In this document: positions 1-12,279 of the stretch, piece by piece
How the letters are laid out: every line of letters begins with the position of its first letter
Numbering within the stretch: the stretch's first letter is position 1
Source of the DNA: Octopus sinensis
Lineage: Eukaryota
Length of the DNA stretch: 64,000 bases
Direction of reading: 5' to 3'
Assembly (NCBI RefSeq): GCF_006345805.1
Contig: NC_043000.1
Span: 56,172,001 to 56,236,000, forward strand
Notes under the pieces: model-generated
Databases searched by the model: none
The model's input: only the letters and a program-made list of their open reading frames with translations
Told to the model about the DNA's origin: nothing
Made by a program: the position numbers and the translations under genes

Positions 1-316
1 AGAAGAGGAGGAGGATAACAATAATGTTGATGAAGATAATGACAGTGATGACGATGATGATGATGATGATGATGATTCATATTAACGTGTGTGTATGTCT
101 TTATGTATAGATATATTTCTTACAAAAATAATGTCTTTATTTCTGCATGTATGTGTATATATACATATGTGCACATATGTATGCAAATATATGTATACTC
201 ACGTGTGTATATATATATACATTTACATGTGTGTATATGTACATTTACGAGTATCTGAGATGTGAATAATTTACCTTGTGGAGAGAATGTGGAAGTTAAA
301 AACTCATGTGTACATC

Positions 317-391
317 TTATGTGCCATTGTGTTCCTTCTGCTTATCTCTGTTTGCAGACTTTGTGTTAAAATAATTGAAGCACACAAAAGC
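317..391 (-). CDS. Candidate terminal coding exon of an unidentified minus-strand gene (AFVCFNYFNTKSANRDKQKEHNGT*)
   Basis: Acceptor tatctctag|GCT at 392-393; frame open to TAA at 319-317; joins in phase 0 with the 9857-9924 candidate. No homology recognised. Confidence 0.25.
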   Translation of the reverse strand, partial: AFVCFNYFNTKSANRDKQKEHNGT

Positions 392-518
392 CTAGAGATA
401 CTAATATATGCATAATAGGTCAACACAATGCAATATTGGATATGCATTTATATATTTTATGGCAGTCTTGGACTGAAAGAGTCCAGTGCATTAACATATA
501 CAGATGAATACATACATA

Positions 519-534
519 CATAAATATATATATA

Positions 535-599
<65 letters not shown>

Positions 600-613
600 T
601 GTATGTGTGTGTG
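519..613. repeat. Compound microsatellite (TA)n/(TATG)n/(TG)n
   Basis: Directly visible. Confidence 0.95.
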
Positions 614-1074
614 TTTTTATATAGTCTTTTAGATACAAAAGTCATAAAGGATTTATTGACATTTTGGCTACGTTCGTGTCTTTCTGATATTTCATTTTGG
701 ATTTGCTGATCTGTATATAATCAGAATACATCAGTTATATTTCTTTCTTTCTCTCTTCTTCTAATGACAACAATAGAACTTTTATTTTAAATGTGAGACT
801 GTAAGACACATTAATTTGTGACTGGAGGAAAATATATGCATAAATGTATGTATTATTTTTATATGTCTACTCAGTGCTGTACTTGTTTCCAAGTGTCTAT
901 ATATCTTAGCCATATTTATATTCAAATCTATTATATTATTGCTACAAACATCAATTTATTTTCATATTTATTGAGTACACTACTAAAAATATTTACACAC
1001 AAAAATATTTTCAATATACTTACAAAGTATATATTTTTATTGTTAGTATATACATACATACAAACATACACACA

Positions 1075-1078
1075 CGTA

Positions 1079-1150
<72 letters not shown>
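1075..1150. repeat. (TG)n/(TA)n microsatellite
   Basis: Directly visible. Confidence 0.95.
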
Positions 1151-1151
<1 letters not shown>

Positions 1152-1332
1152 TATAATTTGGCAAAAACCTTGTAATGTCTATATAAGCTCTAATGTCGTT
1201 ACTTGGCTACCATATGATATCCTTCAGGAGTATATTCCAAAGTTAGATACAAAAACAAATGTAGTGATCTACTATTAAAGCTTGTTATTCTCTATGCTCA
1301 TACATTATCCTTATACATTTATTTGTGTGTGA

Positions 1333-1368
<36 letters not shown>

Positions 1369-1730
1369 TGATAAATACAATATGTCTTTATGTGGTATTA
1401 TGCCAGACAGTATTTTTTAATATTTCTGGTGTCCTAGCATGACCTTCAGGTACTGCCCACATGGCATAACAAACTGTTTTTTTTTCTCTCATCTTATTGT
1501 CCCACTTTTAGTTTGTTATGTCATGTAGGCAGTGTCTGAAGATTGTACCAGGACATCAGACACATTAAAAAATATTGTCTGGCATGCTCTCAGCACATGA
1601 AACTAATACTAGTACATAAAAACATATATTGTGTTTATGAAATAATATTTATCTCTTACGAGATGGAGTATTTCTTTTTTGTTAATTTTACCATCATGGA
1701 ACAGTACACTGTATATATATATATATATAT

Positions 1731-1942
1731 GGGTTCACCAAGGATTGGTGCTCAGCCTCATCTTGTTCATTGTAGTCCTCCAGGTAATAACATTGGAATT
1801 TAAATCAGGCTGCCCCTGAGAGCTCTTCTATGCTGATGAGCTTGCTTTTATTACTGAATCACTACCAGAACTAAAGAAGACATTCTAGGTATGGAAGCAA
1901 GGTCTAGAATCAAAGGGTCTTAGAGTTAATCTAGCAAAAACC
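1731..1942 (+). mobile_element. RTE-clade LINE reverse-transcriptase fragment (decayed)
   Basis: Translates, with a frameshift near the start and stops, as G(V)HQGLVLSLILFIVVLQVITLEFKSGCP*ELFYADELAFITESLPELKKTF*VWKQGLESKGLRVNLAKT: the QG and YADD-like RT motifs typical of RTE elements. Confidence 0.85.
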
Positions 1943-2140
1943 ATGTGACATATGCCACTGACATATAAAAGCGTCAATTACACTCTCAGAGTAGCTGGTA
2001 TTAGGAAGAGCATCCAGCCATAGAAAACCATGCCAAATCAGACTGGAGGCTGACACAGCCTTCCAGCTTACCAACCCTGGTTAAACCATCCAACCCATGC
2101 CAGCTTGGATGATCATTAAAGGATGATGATGATGATGATG
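1943..2140 (+). mobile_element. RTE 3' tail / RTE-partner repeat (family D)
   Basis: ttaggaagagcatccagcc...aacccatgccagc...(GAT)n tail; many copies in the window. Confidence 0.8.
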
Positions 2141-2593
2141 ATATATATATATATAAATGTGTATGTACATATATATATGCGTGCATGTATATATACATTG
2201 TTGTTGTTGTTAATGTCATAAGAATTTATAAACTTTGAGAGATCATGAAACAATTCTTTCTTTGGAGCAGTTTAATACAAAGCAAATAAAGCCATATATA
2301 ACAGCATATAATATTGGGTTTTTAAAAATTGGGGGATAGAAGAAATTGAAGATATCTCATGGGTTTCAAGCCCAATGATTTAACCTGACGCATCCTTTGC
2401 TTTGAATTAAACTGATGCAAGAGAGAATTGTTTGTTTTGTTTGTTTGCTTGTATGTATGTATGTATATATGTATGTATACCATTTAGATCATAACCTACA
2501 CACAAGTATCAACTATCAGATACTATCAACCAGGGAAAATGGCTCACTTCATAGATGACATATCTGAAAATCCATAACTATATGTAAAGTTTA

Positions 2594-2795
2594 TATAAAC
2601 ATTAACAAGGAGAATGGAGAGAGAGCAACTAATTTTGTTGCATAATTCTACAACTGTTTCATAGATGCTTTACCAGATGTTTATTGCTAGAATGTATTCC
2701 AGTAATAAACTTCTGATAACATGTTGATGAAACAAGTGCAGAATTATGCAATAAAATGAGTTGCTCACTCCATTCTCTGTGTTAATGGTTTTATA
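2594..2795. mobile_element. Foldback MITE-like palindrome (~200 bp)
   Basis: Left arm cattaacaaggagaatggag...ttgctagaat is the imperfect reverse complement of attccagtaat...tgtgttaatg; centre at about 2694-2695; TA-rich flanks. Confidence 0.8.
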
Positions 2796-2803
2796 TATAT
2801 ATG

Positions 2804-3627
2804 CAGAGTGTTCAAGCTAAATTTCATGATTATTATGTCACTTCTTTTCAGAAACTGCTTTATGTGTTGGTGAACATCTGAATATTGGAAAAGAGTTGCC
2901 TGTATGATGATGATTCATGCCAGGTATCAAAATGTTGATTTCATGACTGCTGCTCAATGTGCTGTGAACACTGTCATGGATATAAGACCTTTACATGGAC
3001 AGCTGCAATGGAGACTACAAAGTTGTGGCCAGCTAGAAGGGGGACACAGCAAGAATTTTGACAATGCCCATAAGCTGAAATTCTTCCCCACATATCTGAA
3101 CAGGGCCTTAGACTCAATTCAGGTGGTGGCTATTTGAGACCAATGGAGACTGTGGTCAACCCCTGGTTGGAGAGGGTTGCTGAACAAAGGCCATAGACCA
3201 GTAGGATTCAACTCCTTATCTTATGTCTGAAAAGAGTCAGAAGTGGTTGTTGAAGAATTCATGTGATTTCATCAGCCCCAACTTCTAGTTTCCTAATTAC
3301 CCAAATTGGAAACCCAAGGATTACTACGTGAGGCATGGTTGAGAAAGATACCAATCACTCTGCCTGCAACACCAAAGCCAAACTGGTGACCAAGATCAAG
3401 TTTGAAGATCTCTCCAAGGGCACAGTGAAGAATGCATGCACCAGGTTCCAAAGCAGTCATGAGGATGTGCTGGAAGCTGATAGTTTACTTTGAGTAAACT
3501 GTTATCTCCCAGCCATGATTTAGTCAATATTTTTTAATGTTCTTCTAAAATTCCTTTTATTTTTGGATAAAATATTCTGTTTTCTTTTCCTTTTATGCAA
3601 ACTTTTAAATTTAGCATGGATACCTCT
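2804..3627 (+). mobile_element. Internally deleted maT-type (DD37D) Tc1/mariner element
   Basis: Decayed transposase GLRLNS...METVVNPWLERVA...Q*DSTPYLMSEKSQKWLLKNSCDFISPNF*FPNYPNWKPKDYYV; second and third catalytic D (GAT 3205, GAT 3319) are 37 residues apart; partial TIR match (gctaaattt) at 2804-2824 and 3607-3627. Confidence 0.8.
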
Positions 3628-3633
3628 TTTCCT

Positions 3634-4030
3634 CTTTTACTCTTTTACTTGTTTCAGTCATTTGACTGTGGCCATGCTGGAGCACTTCCTTTTAGTCAAG
3701 CAAATCGACCCCAGCACTTATTCACTGTAAGCCTAGTACTTATTCTATCAGTCTCTTTTGCCGAACCGCTAAGTTATGAGACATAAACACACCAGCATCG
3801 GTTGTCAAGCGATGTTGGGGTGACAAACACAGTCACACAAACACATACACACACATACATATATATACGACGGCCTTCTTTCAGTTTCCGTCTACCAAAT
3901 CCACTCACAAGGCTTTGGTCGGCCCGAGGCTGTAGTAGAAGACACTTGCCCAAAGTGCCACGCAGTGGGACTGAACCCAGAACTATGTGGTTCATAAGCA
4001 AGCTACTTACCACCAGCCACTCCTACGCCT
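3634..4030 (-). mobile_element. tRNA-derived SINE, family A
   Basis: Head ...ttgggcaagtgtcttctactac..., ggatttggtagacggaaactgaaagaagg, internal (CA)n, tail tgactgaaacaagtaaaag. Confidence 0.85.
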
Positions 4031-4289
4031 ATATATATATACTTGTGCTTCTTCGCAACTAAGAGAGTTTTTACCTCTTATTTCTAGCAATGAAGGTGCT
4101 ACCCTGCACCGTCAGTCACAATTAGTAACAACTGAATTCATCCTTTTGGGTTTTATATTGCTTATAGCCACCTTTGTTATTTCATATACATATGAAGAAA
4201 ATTTACACACACACACATGTGTGTGTATTTGTAAATATACACACATGCACAAACATAAGGCACAGGAATGAATATATCATTAATAAATT

Positions 4290-4445
4290 TTGCTTCCGAA
4301 TCACATGACTTCAGGTTGAATCCAACTCTGTGACATTTTGGGCATGTGTCTTCTACTGTAACTTCAAGCTGATCAAAATCTTGTAAGTGAATTTAATAGA
4401 CAGAAACTGAAAGAAGCCCATTGTGTGTGAGTGTGCATGTGTGTG
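4290..4445 (+). mobile_element. Family A SINE head (diverged, partial)
   Basis: tgggcatgtgtcttctactgt...agacagaaactgaaagaagccc. Confidence 0.7.
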
Positions 4446-4814
4446 TGTGAGTACACAAAAACATGTGCCCACATATGAGTAATATTGCCAACAAAATTTT
4501 CATCTTACAATTTATATCCCCACTCCCTATCCCTCTTCTCCCCCTCTCTCTCTCTCTCATTCCATCTTCTTTTACTCTCTCACTCACCCACTCACTCTCT
4601 CACATTTGCCATTCCTCTCTACACTGATCTCCGCCATTTAACACCCACCTCTCGCAAGTCTTTCTCCTTCAATACCAGAAAAGTAATGCAGAAGTTAATC
4701 CTTTTAAGAGATCTGGACCCTGGACTCTTAAACCACATGCTTCACTGATATGTATTCAAACAAATCCAAATCAATAATAAAACGCATTTGTCTGCTCCAC
4801 TTCAATTACAGGAA

Positions 4815-5050
4815 GTAGAAGTACACACACACACACACTCAAATATATACATACAAATAAATAAATATATATATATATATATACACACACACATACACAC
4901 ACAAACATATGTACTTATTCATATGTATCTAGAAGTTTATACAGATCTATACTTAGATGTCTGTATGTAAGAATATGTGTATATGTATATACATAAAATT
5001 TTATAAGTGTGTTTATATATATATATATATATACATATGTGTGAGTGTGC

Positions 5051-5093
<43 letters not shown>

Positions 5094-5510
5094 CATGTAT
5101 GTGTATGTGTGTGTGTATGCATATACATGTATGTGTGGGTGTATATACATATATACATACACACATATATATATATATATACACACACACACATACATAT
5201 ACACACATATAGATATATATTTGCATGTGTGTACGTATGTACATGTTTGGATTTGTATGTATATATATATATATGTATACGTGTACTCTTATATAGACAC
5301 ATACACATAAACACACACATATATGTGTGTAGTATACACACATTCACATATATACAACATATACACACTTACTCATGTACATAAGTACAAATATAAATAT
5401 AAGCTGCCACACAAAAACACACATGCATATATACACACATGCATATATACACACATGCATATATACACACAAACATACATACCACATCACACTATGCACA
5501 CATGCACACA
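4815..5510. repeat. Long compound (CA)n/(TA)n low-complexity tract
   Basis: Directly visible; source of the spurious ORFs at 4915-5547. Confidence 0.95.
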
Positions 5511-6017
5511 CAACTATTCATCCAAATTTATTGATTGGTTCAGTTGATGTTTTCATATTTCTAAAATGCATAACTTTTATATATCTTTTCAGTTTAGTAG
5601 TTGTTATTTAGAAATGTAAGCATGAAGAAGTAGTACAACTGTTTGCTTCAGGCTAACTATATTAGACTGTCCTTTGTATCATTTTTTTCCCCCCATTATT
5701 TGCACACTGCAAGGCATTTCCAAATATCAGTAAGTCTACAAGCCCTACAGCAACATCAATGGTTGGTGCTCGCTACAGAATATTGAGTTTCAAAGTAGTC
5801 TCATATTTCTTTCTTTCTTGCATTGTTTATTAAAGTTTTTTAAGGAAACAAGTATATAAAAAAAACTTATGCACTTGACCATTTTTTTTTTGCTCCTTAT
5901 CGCAACAGATAATATACTTGCCTCTATGTTATTTATAATTTTTTCAATTTCTCCCCATCTACAAGAGTTTTACTCCAATAGGATATGATTACAATGCTGT
6001 AATTATTTTCTGTCTTG

Positions 6018-6234
6018 AAGGTGATGAACTGGCAGAGAGAATAGTCAGCAATCCAGACAAAATGCTTAACAACTTTTAATCTGTTTTTATGTTCTGAGTT
6101 CAAACTCTTCCAGGTTGACTTTGCCCTTCATTGTTTAGGGATCAATAAAATAAGTACCAGTTGAACATTGAGATCAGTGTAATTTACTCCCCTAACCACT
6201 CAAAATTGCTGGCTTTGTGCCTAAATAAGAAAAG
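6018..6234 (+). mobile_element. tRNA-derived SINE, family B (Deu/Nin-like central domain), with 16-bp TSD
   Basis: gactttgcccttcattgtttagggatcaataaaataagtaccag central block; direct repeat attattttctgtcttg at 6002-6017 and 6235-6250. Confidence 0.9.
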
Positions 6235-6391
6235 ATTATTTTCTGTCTTGGTTTTGGGCTATTGATTTAATCAGCTTCTCAGTTTAACACCAAAACTGGA
6301 CACCTTGGATGCTATGAAGGTCCACTCTAATGTAAGCACTTGGGTTAGGTTTCTAGTTTGATGATACCTCTCTCCTTTCATCTCTTGCTCT

Positions 6392-6422
<31 letters not shown>

Positions 6423-6484
6423 CCTCTTCCATCCCCACCAGTCTCAGAGTTCAAGTAAAAAATCCTGAATGCTGCTTTCCTTCC

Positions 6485-6787
6485 TGATGACAGAGTAAAG
6501 TGTAAAGACCCCCTTTCGTCATGAATGACCATAAGATTGCACCTAAAATGTTCCCCTCCGAGGCAGAAGTTTGGACAGCTTCACCTCTCAACACCACTGA
6601 TGTTATCCAAAGACAATATAGCTTGGCACCAGTGACATTGCAACTCATTTCTACGGCTGAATGAACTGGAACATTGTGAAATAAAGTGTCTTGCTCAAGA
6701 ACACAACACACAGCCTGGTCAGAAAATCAAACTCATTACCTCATGATTATGAACCTGATGCTCTAACCACTGAGCCATGTACCTTCC
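6485..6787 (-). mobile_element. tRNA-derived SINE, family C
   Basis: Reverse strand: tggctcagtggttagagc A-box, gtgttgtgttcttgagcaagacactttatttcac core. Confidence 0.8.
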
Positions 6788-7191
6788 TGACTACAAGATT
6801 CAAGAGAAATTTAGTCTCAGTGCATATTCAATTCATTTTTAAATCAATGCAACTGAAATGCTACATAAGTCGACATATCACTTTTCCTAATATTAGTTCC
6901 CAATCAGGATCAGTGATGAAATAAGACACACACACTGGAGCTAGATCAGATATGTTGTCAAACAAGATCGAGAAAGTGATTGTATGGTGGCACTAAAGTG
7001 ACAACCTGAGAAGCAAAGAGCAGCAGGGTGCCCTGAAAAGATATATGGTGAAGGACCATTGACAATGAAAGGAGACGTAAAGGGTGAATAATCCAGAATG
7101 AGATGTGTGGTAGAAAACAGAGCTGACTGAAGAGATCATGTTGCAACCTTATATACCTGATGGCACAGAGAGAAGTAACTACTAACTATCT

Positions 7192-7502
7192 CATCTTGTC
7201 ACCCTTTTCAAGCCTAGCCAGGCTCATGGGCCCGGTTTCCCGGTTTCTGTGGCATATGTGTTCCCCCCAGCTTGACGGGATGCCAGTCCATCACAGCATT
7301 ACTCAAGAAACAGGAAGAGATAGTAAGAGAAAGTTGTGGCGAAAGAATACAACAGAGGTCACCACTACCCCCTGCCAGAACCTTGTGGAGCTTTTAGGTG
7401 TTTTCGTTCAATAAACACACACAACGTCCAGTCTGGAAATTGAAACCGTGATCCTCCGACTGCGAGTCCACTGCCCTAACCACTGGGCCATTGTGCCTCC
7501 TG
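7192..7502 (-). mobile_element. tRNA-derived SINE (family C-like variant) with 11-bp TSD
   Basis: Head tggcccagtggttagggc...ggtttcaatttcc; TSD actaactatct at 7181-7191 and 7503-7513. Confidence 0.85.
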
Positions 7503-7754
7503 ACTAACTATCTAATATATACCAATTCTGAGAAAAGTCAGGATGGTCATAGCTGGAATGTGATTGTTCATAGGTTTGTTCAATTAAGACAGGTTTAAAC
7601 AACAAATTTTAGTTATAAAAACAATTTTTCAGACACTTGGAAGAAGGCCATAAATTCAACATTCTAGAAGATATCAATATTTACACCAAACTGTTTCAGC
7701 AGTTTTATTTAGGTGCTACAGATATATATATATATATTAAAAATATTGGTTTCA

Positions 7755-7965
7755 AATTTTAGCACAGGATCAGCAATTTTGGTGGAGGGTCCAAGTCAAT
7801 TACATTGACCACAATGCTCAAATGGAACCTATTTTATCAACTCCTAAAGGATGAAAGGTAAAGTCAACCTTGATTGAATTTGAACTTGGAACATAAAGAC
7901 GGATGAGATACTGCTAAGCATTTTTCCAAGCATGCTAACAATTCTACCAGCTCACTGCCTTTATA
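7755..7965 (-). mobile_element. Family B SINE
   Basis: Reverse-complement match to the family B copies. Confidence 0.8.
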
Positions 7966-7994
7966 CATTCTAATGATATTACTCTCACATATAA

Positions 7995-8445
7995 AGGCAG
8001 TGAAGTGGCAGAATCATTAGCATGCTGGACAAACTGCTCGGTAGCATTTCGTTTGTCTTTACATTCTGAGTTCAAATGTCACCAAGATCGATTTTGCCTT
8101 TCATCCTTTTGGGAGTCGATAAAAGAAGTACGAATTGAGCACTGGGGTTGATGCAATTGATTTACCCGCTTCACCAAAATTGCTGGCCTTGTGCTAAAAT
8201 TTGAAATCACTATTACTTTCACATATAATGTGAAAGTGAAGTGGCGGAATCATTAGCATGCTGGGCAAAATGCTTAGTGGCGCTTCATCAGTTTTTATGT
8301 TCTGAGTTCAAATTCTGCCAAGGTCGACTTTGCCTTTCATCCTTTCAGGGTCGATAAGATAAGTACCAGTTGAGCACTGGGGTCGATGTAATTGATTTAC
8401 CCACTTCACTGAAATTGCTGGTCTTTTGCCAAAATTTGAAATCAA
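7995..8445 (+). mobile_element. Two tandem family B SINEs
   Basis: Units 7995-8210 and 8229-8445, each preceded by tattact(c/t)tcacatataa. Confidence 0.85.
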
Positions 8446-9856
8446 TATTACTTTTACTATTTCTATATAGAAATGGTAAAAAAGACTGAAAGAAGCAACT
8501 CTCTGTTATGTCTAGTAAACCTTGAACTCATAGCTACACCTCATAAAACCCATTTCCAATTATCCACATTACATTATAATAGTTGGTTGCTTGCGTTTAC
8601 ATTGATTGGTGTTGACTCAAAAAGTTTTTATCAATTTTTCTTTTGCAGCTAAATCCCATACAGTGGTAACATTGCTGGATTTGTATTGGGCATATTATAA
8701 AGATTTGATTAACACAATTTTCAGAAAATATATTTTGTTGGTCAATAACCAATGCTCTCTTTCATATTTAATGGTCCGTGTAAACACAAATGATACGATG
8801 AGCACATATTTGTTTGCTGGTGAAAAAAACATAAATACATGTGTGCACAGAAATGCATGTAAACCTGAAAGCATTAAGATAATATTGGCATGTGTTTTCA
8901 GGGAGTCATAAATTTACATATTACTTTTTTATCATGAAGATGCAGTGTGGTTAACATAGCACTAAATTTGTATACTTATTTTCATGAGCCTATGAATCAA
9001 ATGCAAGTTTCACACAAATATAGCTGTATATTTTTTAGTCCATTTTCATTATTATATACAATGCTATGCATTGAGGCACATGCGCACACACACACACACA
9101 CACACACACAACACAACACAACACAATGCACACATATAAATATGCTCACTGAGTTGTGGATTTTAATCAAAACAATCATAACAACATGATTCTTTTATAA
9201 TTAGCTTCAAATCAGTTCTGTCAAAGTCTTGCAGTCTGAACTCAGATTGGAATCAAACCTAAAACCTTAAAGTTTCTGATAGATCTACCAGCCTATTTCT
9301 ATTAATTGAGTCCTGATGGAAATTTAAATTCTAGTTTACAGAATGGTTATAAAATGTTAATCTAAGTATGAGGCCACCTCATTTACACCTATTGTCATAG
9401 CAACAACCACAAATCTACAAAGTAGCTTCTGTACAGTTACTCAAGTAGTTAGAAATAACAGTATCCCCATCAAACTTCATATTACCATCTTAAAGAAGAA
9501 TGAATAATATACTTTGTATAATACAAGCATGGGCAATCTTTCTGGAGAGGTGGTTATGTGACAAATGGCTCATTATCAAGCAAACCACACTACTAAAAAA
9601 AAATTCAAGATAATTTTTCATTAGGCAAGCCATTCAGAAGGTTCTGATGGGCCATAATTTACCCATGACTGGTGTAATACATTGAGGAGAAACAAAAACA
9701 AACAGAAAAGTATAATTTCAGATAGAATGAGAGTCAAACAATAATGATTTATTACAGGAGACCATAACTGCTGATTTGGAGCTATAGAACTTTGGATTGC
9801 AACAAGTCATTCAGTTGACTATCCACTTGCTGTAGGTTTTCTAAGTCATGGCTTAC

Positions 9857-9924
9857 CTGAATTACTAAAACAACAATAGTATATACTATTTCAAATATTA
9901 CCATGTTTGTCAAATATTCTATCA
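9857..9924 (-). CDS. Candidate internal exon, hydrophobic (xIEYLTNMVIFEIVYTIVVLVIQ)
   Basis: Strong acceptor ttctctttccag| and donor CAG|gtaagc; only one frame open; unique, non-repeat sequence. Confidence 0.35.
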
Positions 9925-10479
9925 CTGGAAAGAGAATCACAGTTGGAGGGTTTTTTTAATTACAAATAGTAGAACCACTAGGTGATTCACCAGCATATAA
10001 AGAAAATTCTTCAGATAGATACATGTAAGTATCTTTCTAACAGATAAAAATCACAAAGGTCAAAACATTGAAAAGAAGTGATTGTGACTGAGCCCTGGTA
10101 AAGTTCAAGAGAACCAGAGATCAGCTTGAAGACAATTTCCATTAAGAAATGACTTATAATGAACTGCCAATTCCAGCTGACAAACGGGGATGGTAATTTT
10201 AATTGTGAGGTCTGACAGCATAAAGTATTTCAGTCAGAAACATATTTAAAAGATTCAAGTAACTGCTCAAAGACAGAAGAATACTGGAATACATACAAAG
10301 AAAAACTTTTGCTTTGATAGATTGGTACCACACCAAATTTAAACCGAATTAAAGTAAAACACTATTTCCCTGAATGAAGTGATTTAGTGTGAGAAAAGTG
10401 ATGGACACCTGTATATAGAGTCAGAAACCATCTTATGAGCAACAATAAGACTTATTCAAAACATGATTTTCACTGACTA

Positions 10480-10660
10480 TTGAGAGAGATTTAGTGACTA
10501 TTTCTAGCAAGTCTAGTGACTACAGAGAGACTCCCTCATTCAACACATTAGATGATATAGGTCCTTCATGTTCCTAAAACAATAGGATAGTCATAGCCAA
10601 AACACCTTTCTTGATATATATGTTTTATCAGGTTTGACCTGAAGTTAAACAACAACAACA
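10480..10660. repeat. Interspersed repeat family E (gagagatttggctgctatttctagc-type)
   Basis: Shares blocks with 47165-47665 and 50290-50520; unclassified. Confidence 0.55.
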
Positions 10661-10824
10661 ACTGCAACAGCAGCAGTAGCAACAACAAGACTTATATGCC
10701 TAAGAAAACATTTGAAAATATAAAAAATATCTAGAGTGTAGCAAGCATTATATACATAGGTAGTTTTTTTTCTTTTTTTTTCAAGCTCCAAATATCAAAG
10801 CATAGCTAACCATGGGATGAAGAC

Positions 10825-11064
10825 AGTGCCGCCTTGACTGGTTTCTAAGCACCAACCCATCGTGGCCATTGCCAGCCTCCCCTGGCACCTGTGCTGGTGG
10901 CATGTAAAAAGCACCCACTACACTCACGGATGGTTAGCGTTAGGAAGGGCATCCAGCTGTAGAAACACTGCCAGATCAGACTGGAGCCTGGTGCAGTCTC
11001 CTGGCTTCACAGACCCCAGTCGAACAGTCCAACCCATGCTGGACATTAAATGATGATGATGATG
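10825..11064 (+). mobile_element. RTE 3' tail (family D)
   Basis: ggcatgtaaaaagcacccactacactc...ttaggaagggcatccagctgtagaaac...(GAT)n. Confidence 0.85.
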
Positions 11065-11326
11065 AAAGAAAGTTGATCACACTTCAAAGCATTCAAAATT
11101 TGTTGTAATATCTGGTCAATTGCTACTGCCTCCGCAAATACTTCTCTCTCTTTGCTCATAGCATAGCAAGCTTCCTGCTGAAGTGTAACAAACCTTCAAC
11201 TAAATCCTTCATCAATGAGACAATGTCAAACTGAGGATTCTCAATGTCACTAACTGATATTGCTTCTAAAGTGTTTCAACCCATCATCTGTTATAGCAAT
11301 GACTGCTACATTTCAATCCCTCTTAA

Positions 11327-11539
11327 CCTTTTGGCATTCAGATTACCCTGTCAAATGTAATGCCTGTTTGTTCACATTGTTTTGAATTAATCATCTTGTA
11401 GCTTTGAGATTTTGATGAAGTGATTGTTTATTTTTAGAATGACATTGTAAGGTAGGTGTGAGAGACCAGATCTTCACAGTTTAAGCATAAAAGAGTTAGA
11501 ATATTTGGGACTGATATAGCCAGCTTAAATGCTTAAGGA
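11327..11539. mobile_element. piggyBac-type MITE (TTAA-flanked)
   Basis: TTAA at 11323-26 and 11540-43; ends ccttttggcatt / aatgcttaagga; same family at 49966-50187 and 63955-64000. Confidence 0.75.
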
Positions 11540-12104
11540 TTAAAATCTAGAAAAATAGACATTCACTTGTCTCTTTTGTGAATGATCATTGAAAAATCCT
11601 TTTCTGCTGTGATGGAAATTCCACAAAAATATTTGTAGTTTTAACACATATTTAGCCTCTGCCACTGTCATTATCTTCAGAGCCACACTACTGAAACACC
11701 ACCAACTCCATCATCAGCATCATTACTAAGTACAAGCTAAAGAGGGAACTTACATGTGGTTGCAGGACCTGCCAGAAGATAACTTTGCTGCAAATTTTTG
11801 CTAAGTATAATAGTAAAAGGAAGGCCACATTGAAAAGGAAAATATAGGATAGTCATAAATGGAATGCTTTTAATCACATGTCTGTTTGATCACAGCTGAC
11901 CTGGAGCTAAAAACAAGCAAGAATCATCATCACAAAATATTGCAAACATTTTAAAAAACCCTTTCCTTACTTTTCCCATGCTGACATAAGATTTCCTTCC
12001 AGATTTTTCATTTCTTCAGTCAAACTTATTAATGCCCAAAGAACGAATTTGGTATCAATTTATTTCTGTCAACATTCTCATTTAAATTTCCTTACTAGTA
12101 CATT

Positions 12105-12275
12105 ATCATCATCATTATCTTTTAAAGTCCACTTTCCATGCTGGCATGTGTTGAACGGTTTGACATGGAGCTGGCTAGCAGAGAGCCGCCCAAACTCCAG
12201 CTGTCTGCTGAGGCATGGTTTCTACAGTTGGTTGCCCTTCCTAATGCCAACCACTTAACAGAATGAGCTGGGTGC
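12105..12275 (-). mobile_element. RTE 3' tail (family D)
   Basis: Reverse-complement family D with (CAT)n. Confidence 0.75.
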
Positions 12276-12279
12276 TGGC

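Noticed and set aside
287-415. 42-aa plus-strand ORF with a signal-anchor-like stretch (MWKLKTHVYILCAIVFLLLISVC...)
   Set aside because: Ends in TAA TAG with no good donor, overlaps the minus-strand candidate, and hydrophobic runs are common in AT-rich DNA.
8606-8911. 101-aa ORF with an acceptor at 8648
   Set aside because: No recognisable homology, weak donor, and a few ORFs of this length are expected by chance in 64 kb.
9970-10024. Plus-strand exon candidate EPLGDSPAYKENSSDRY with a gtaagt donor
   Set aside because: Weak acceptor, no partner exon, and it conflicts in strand with the adjacent stronger candidate.
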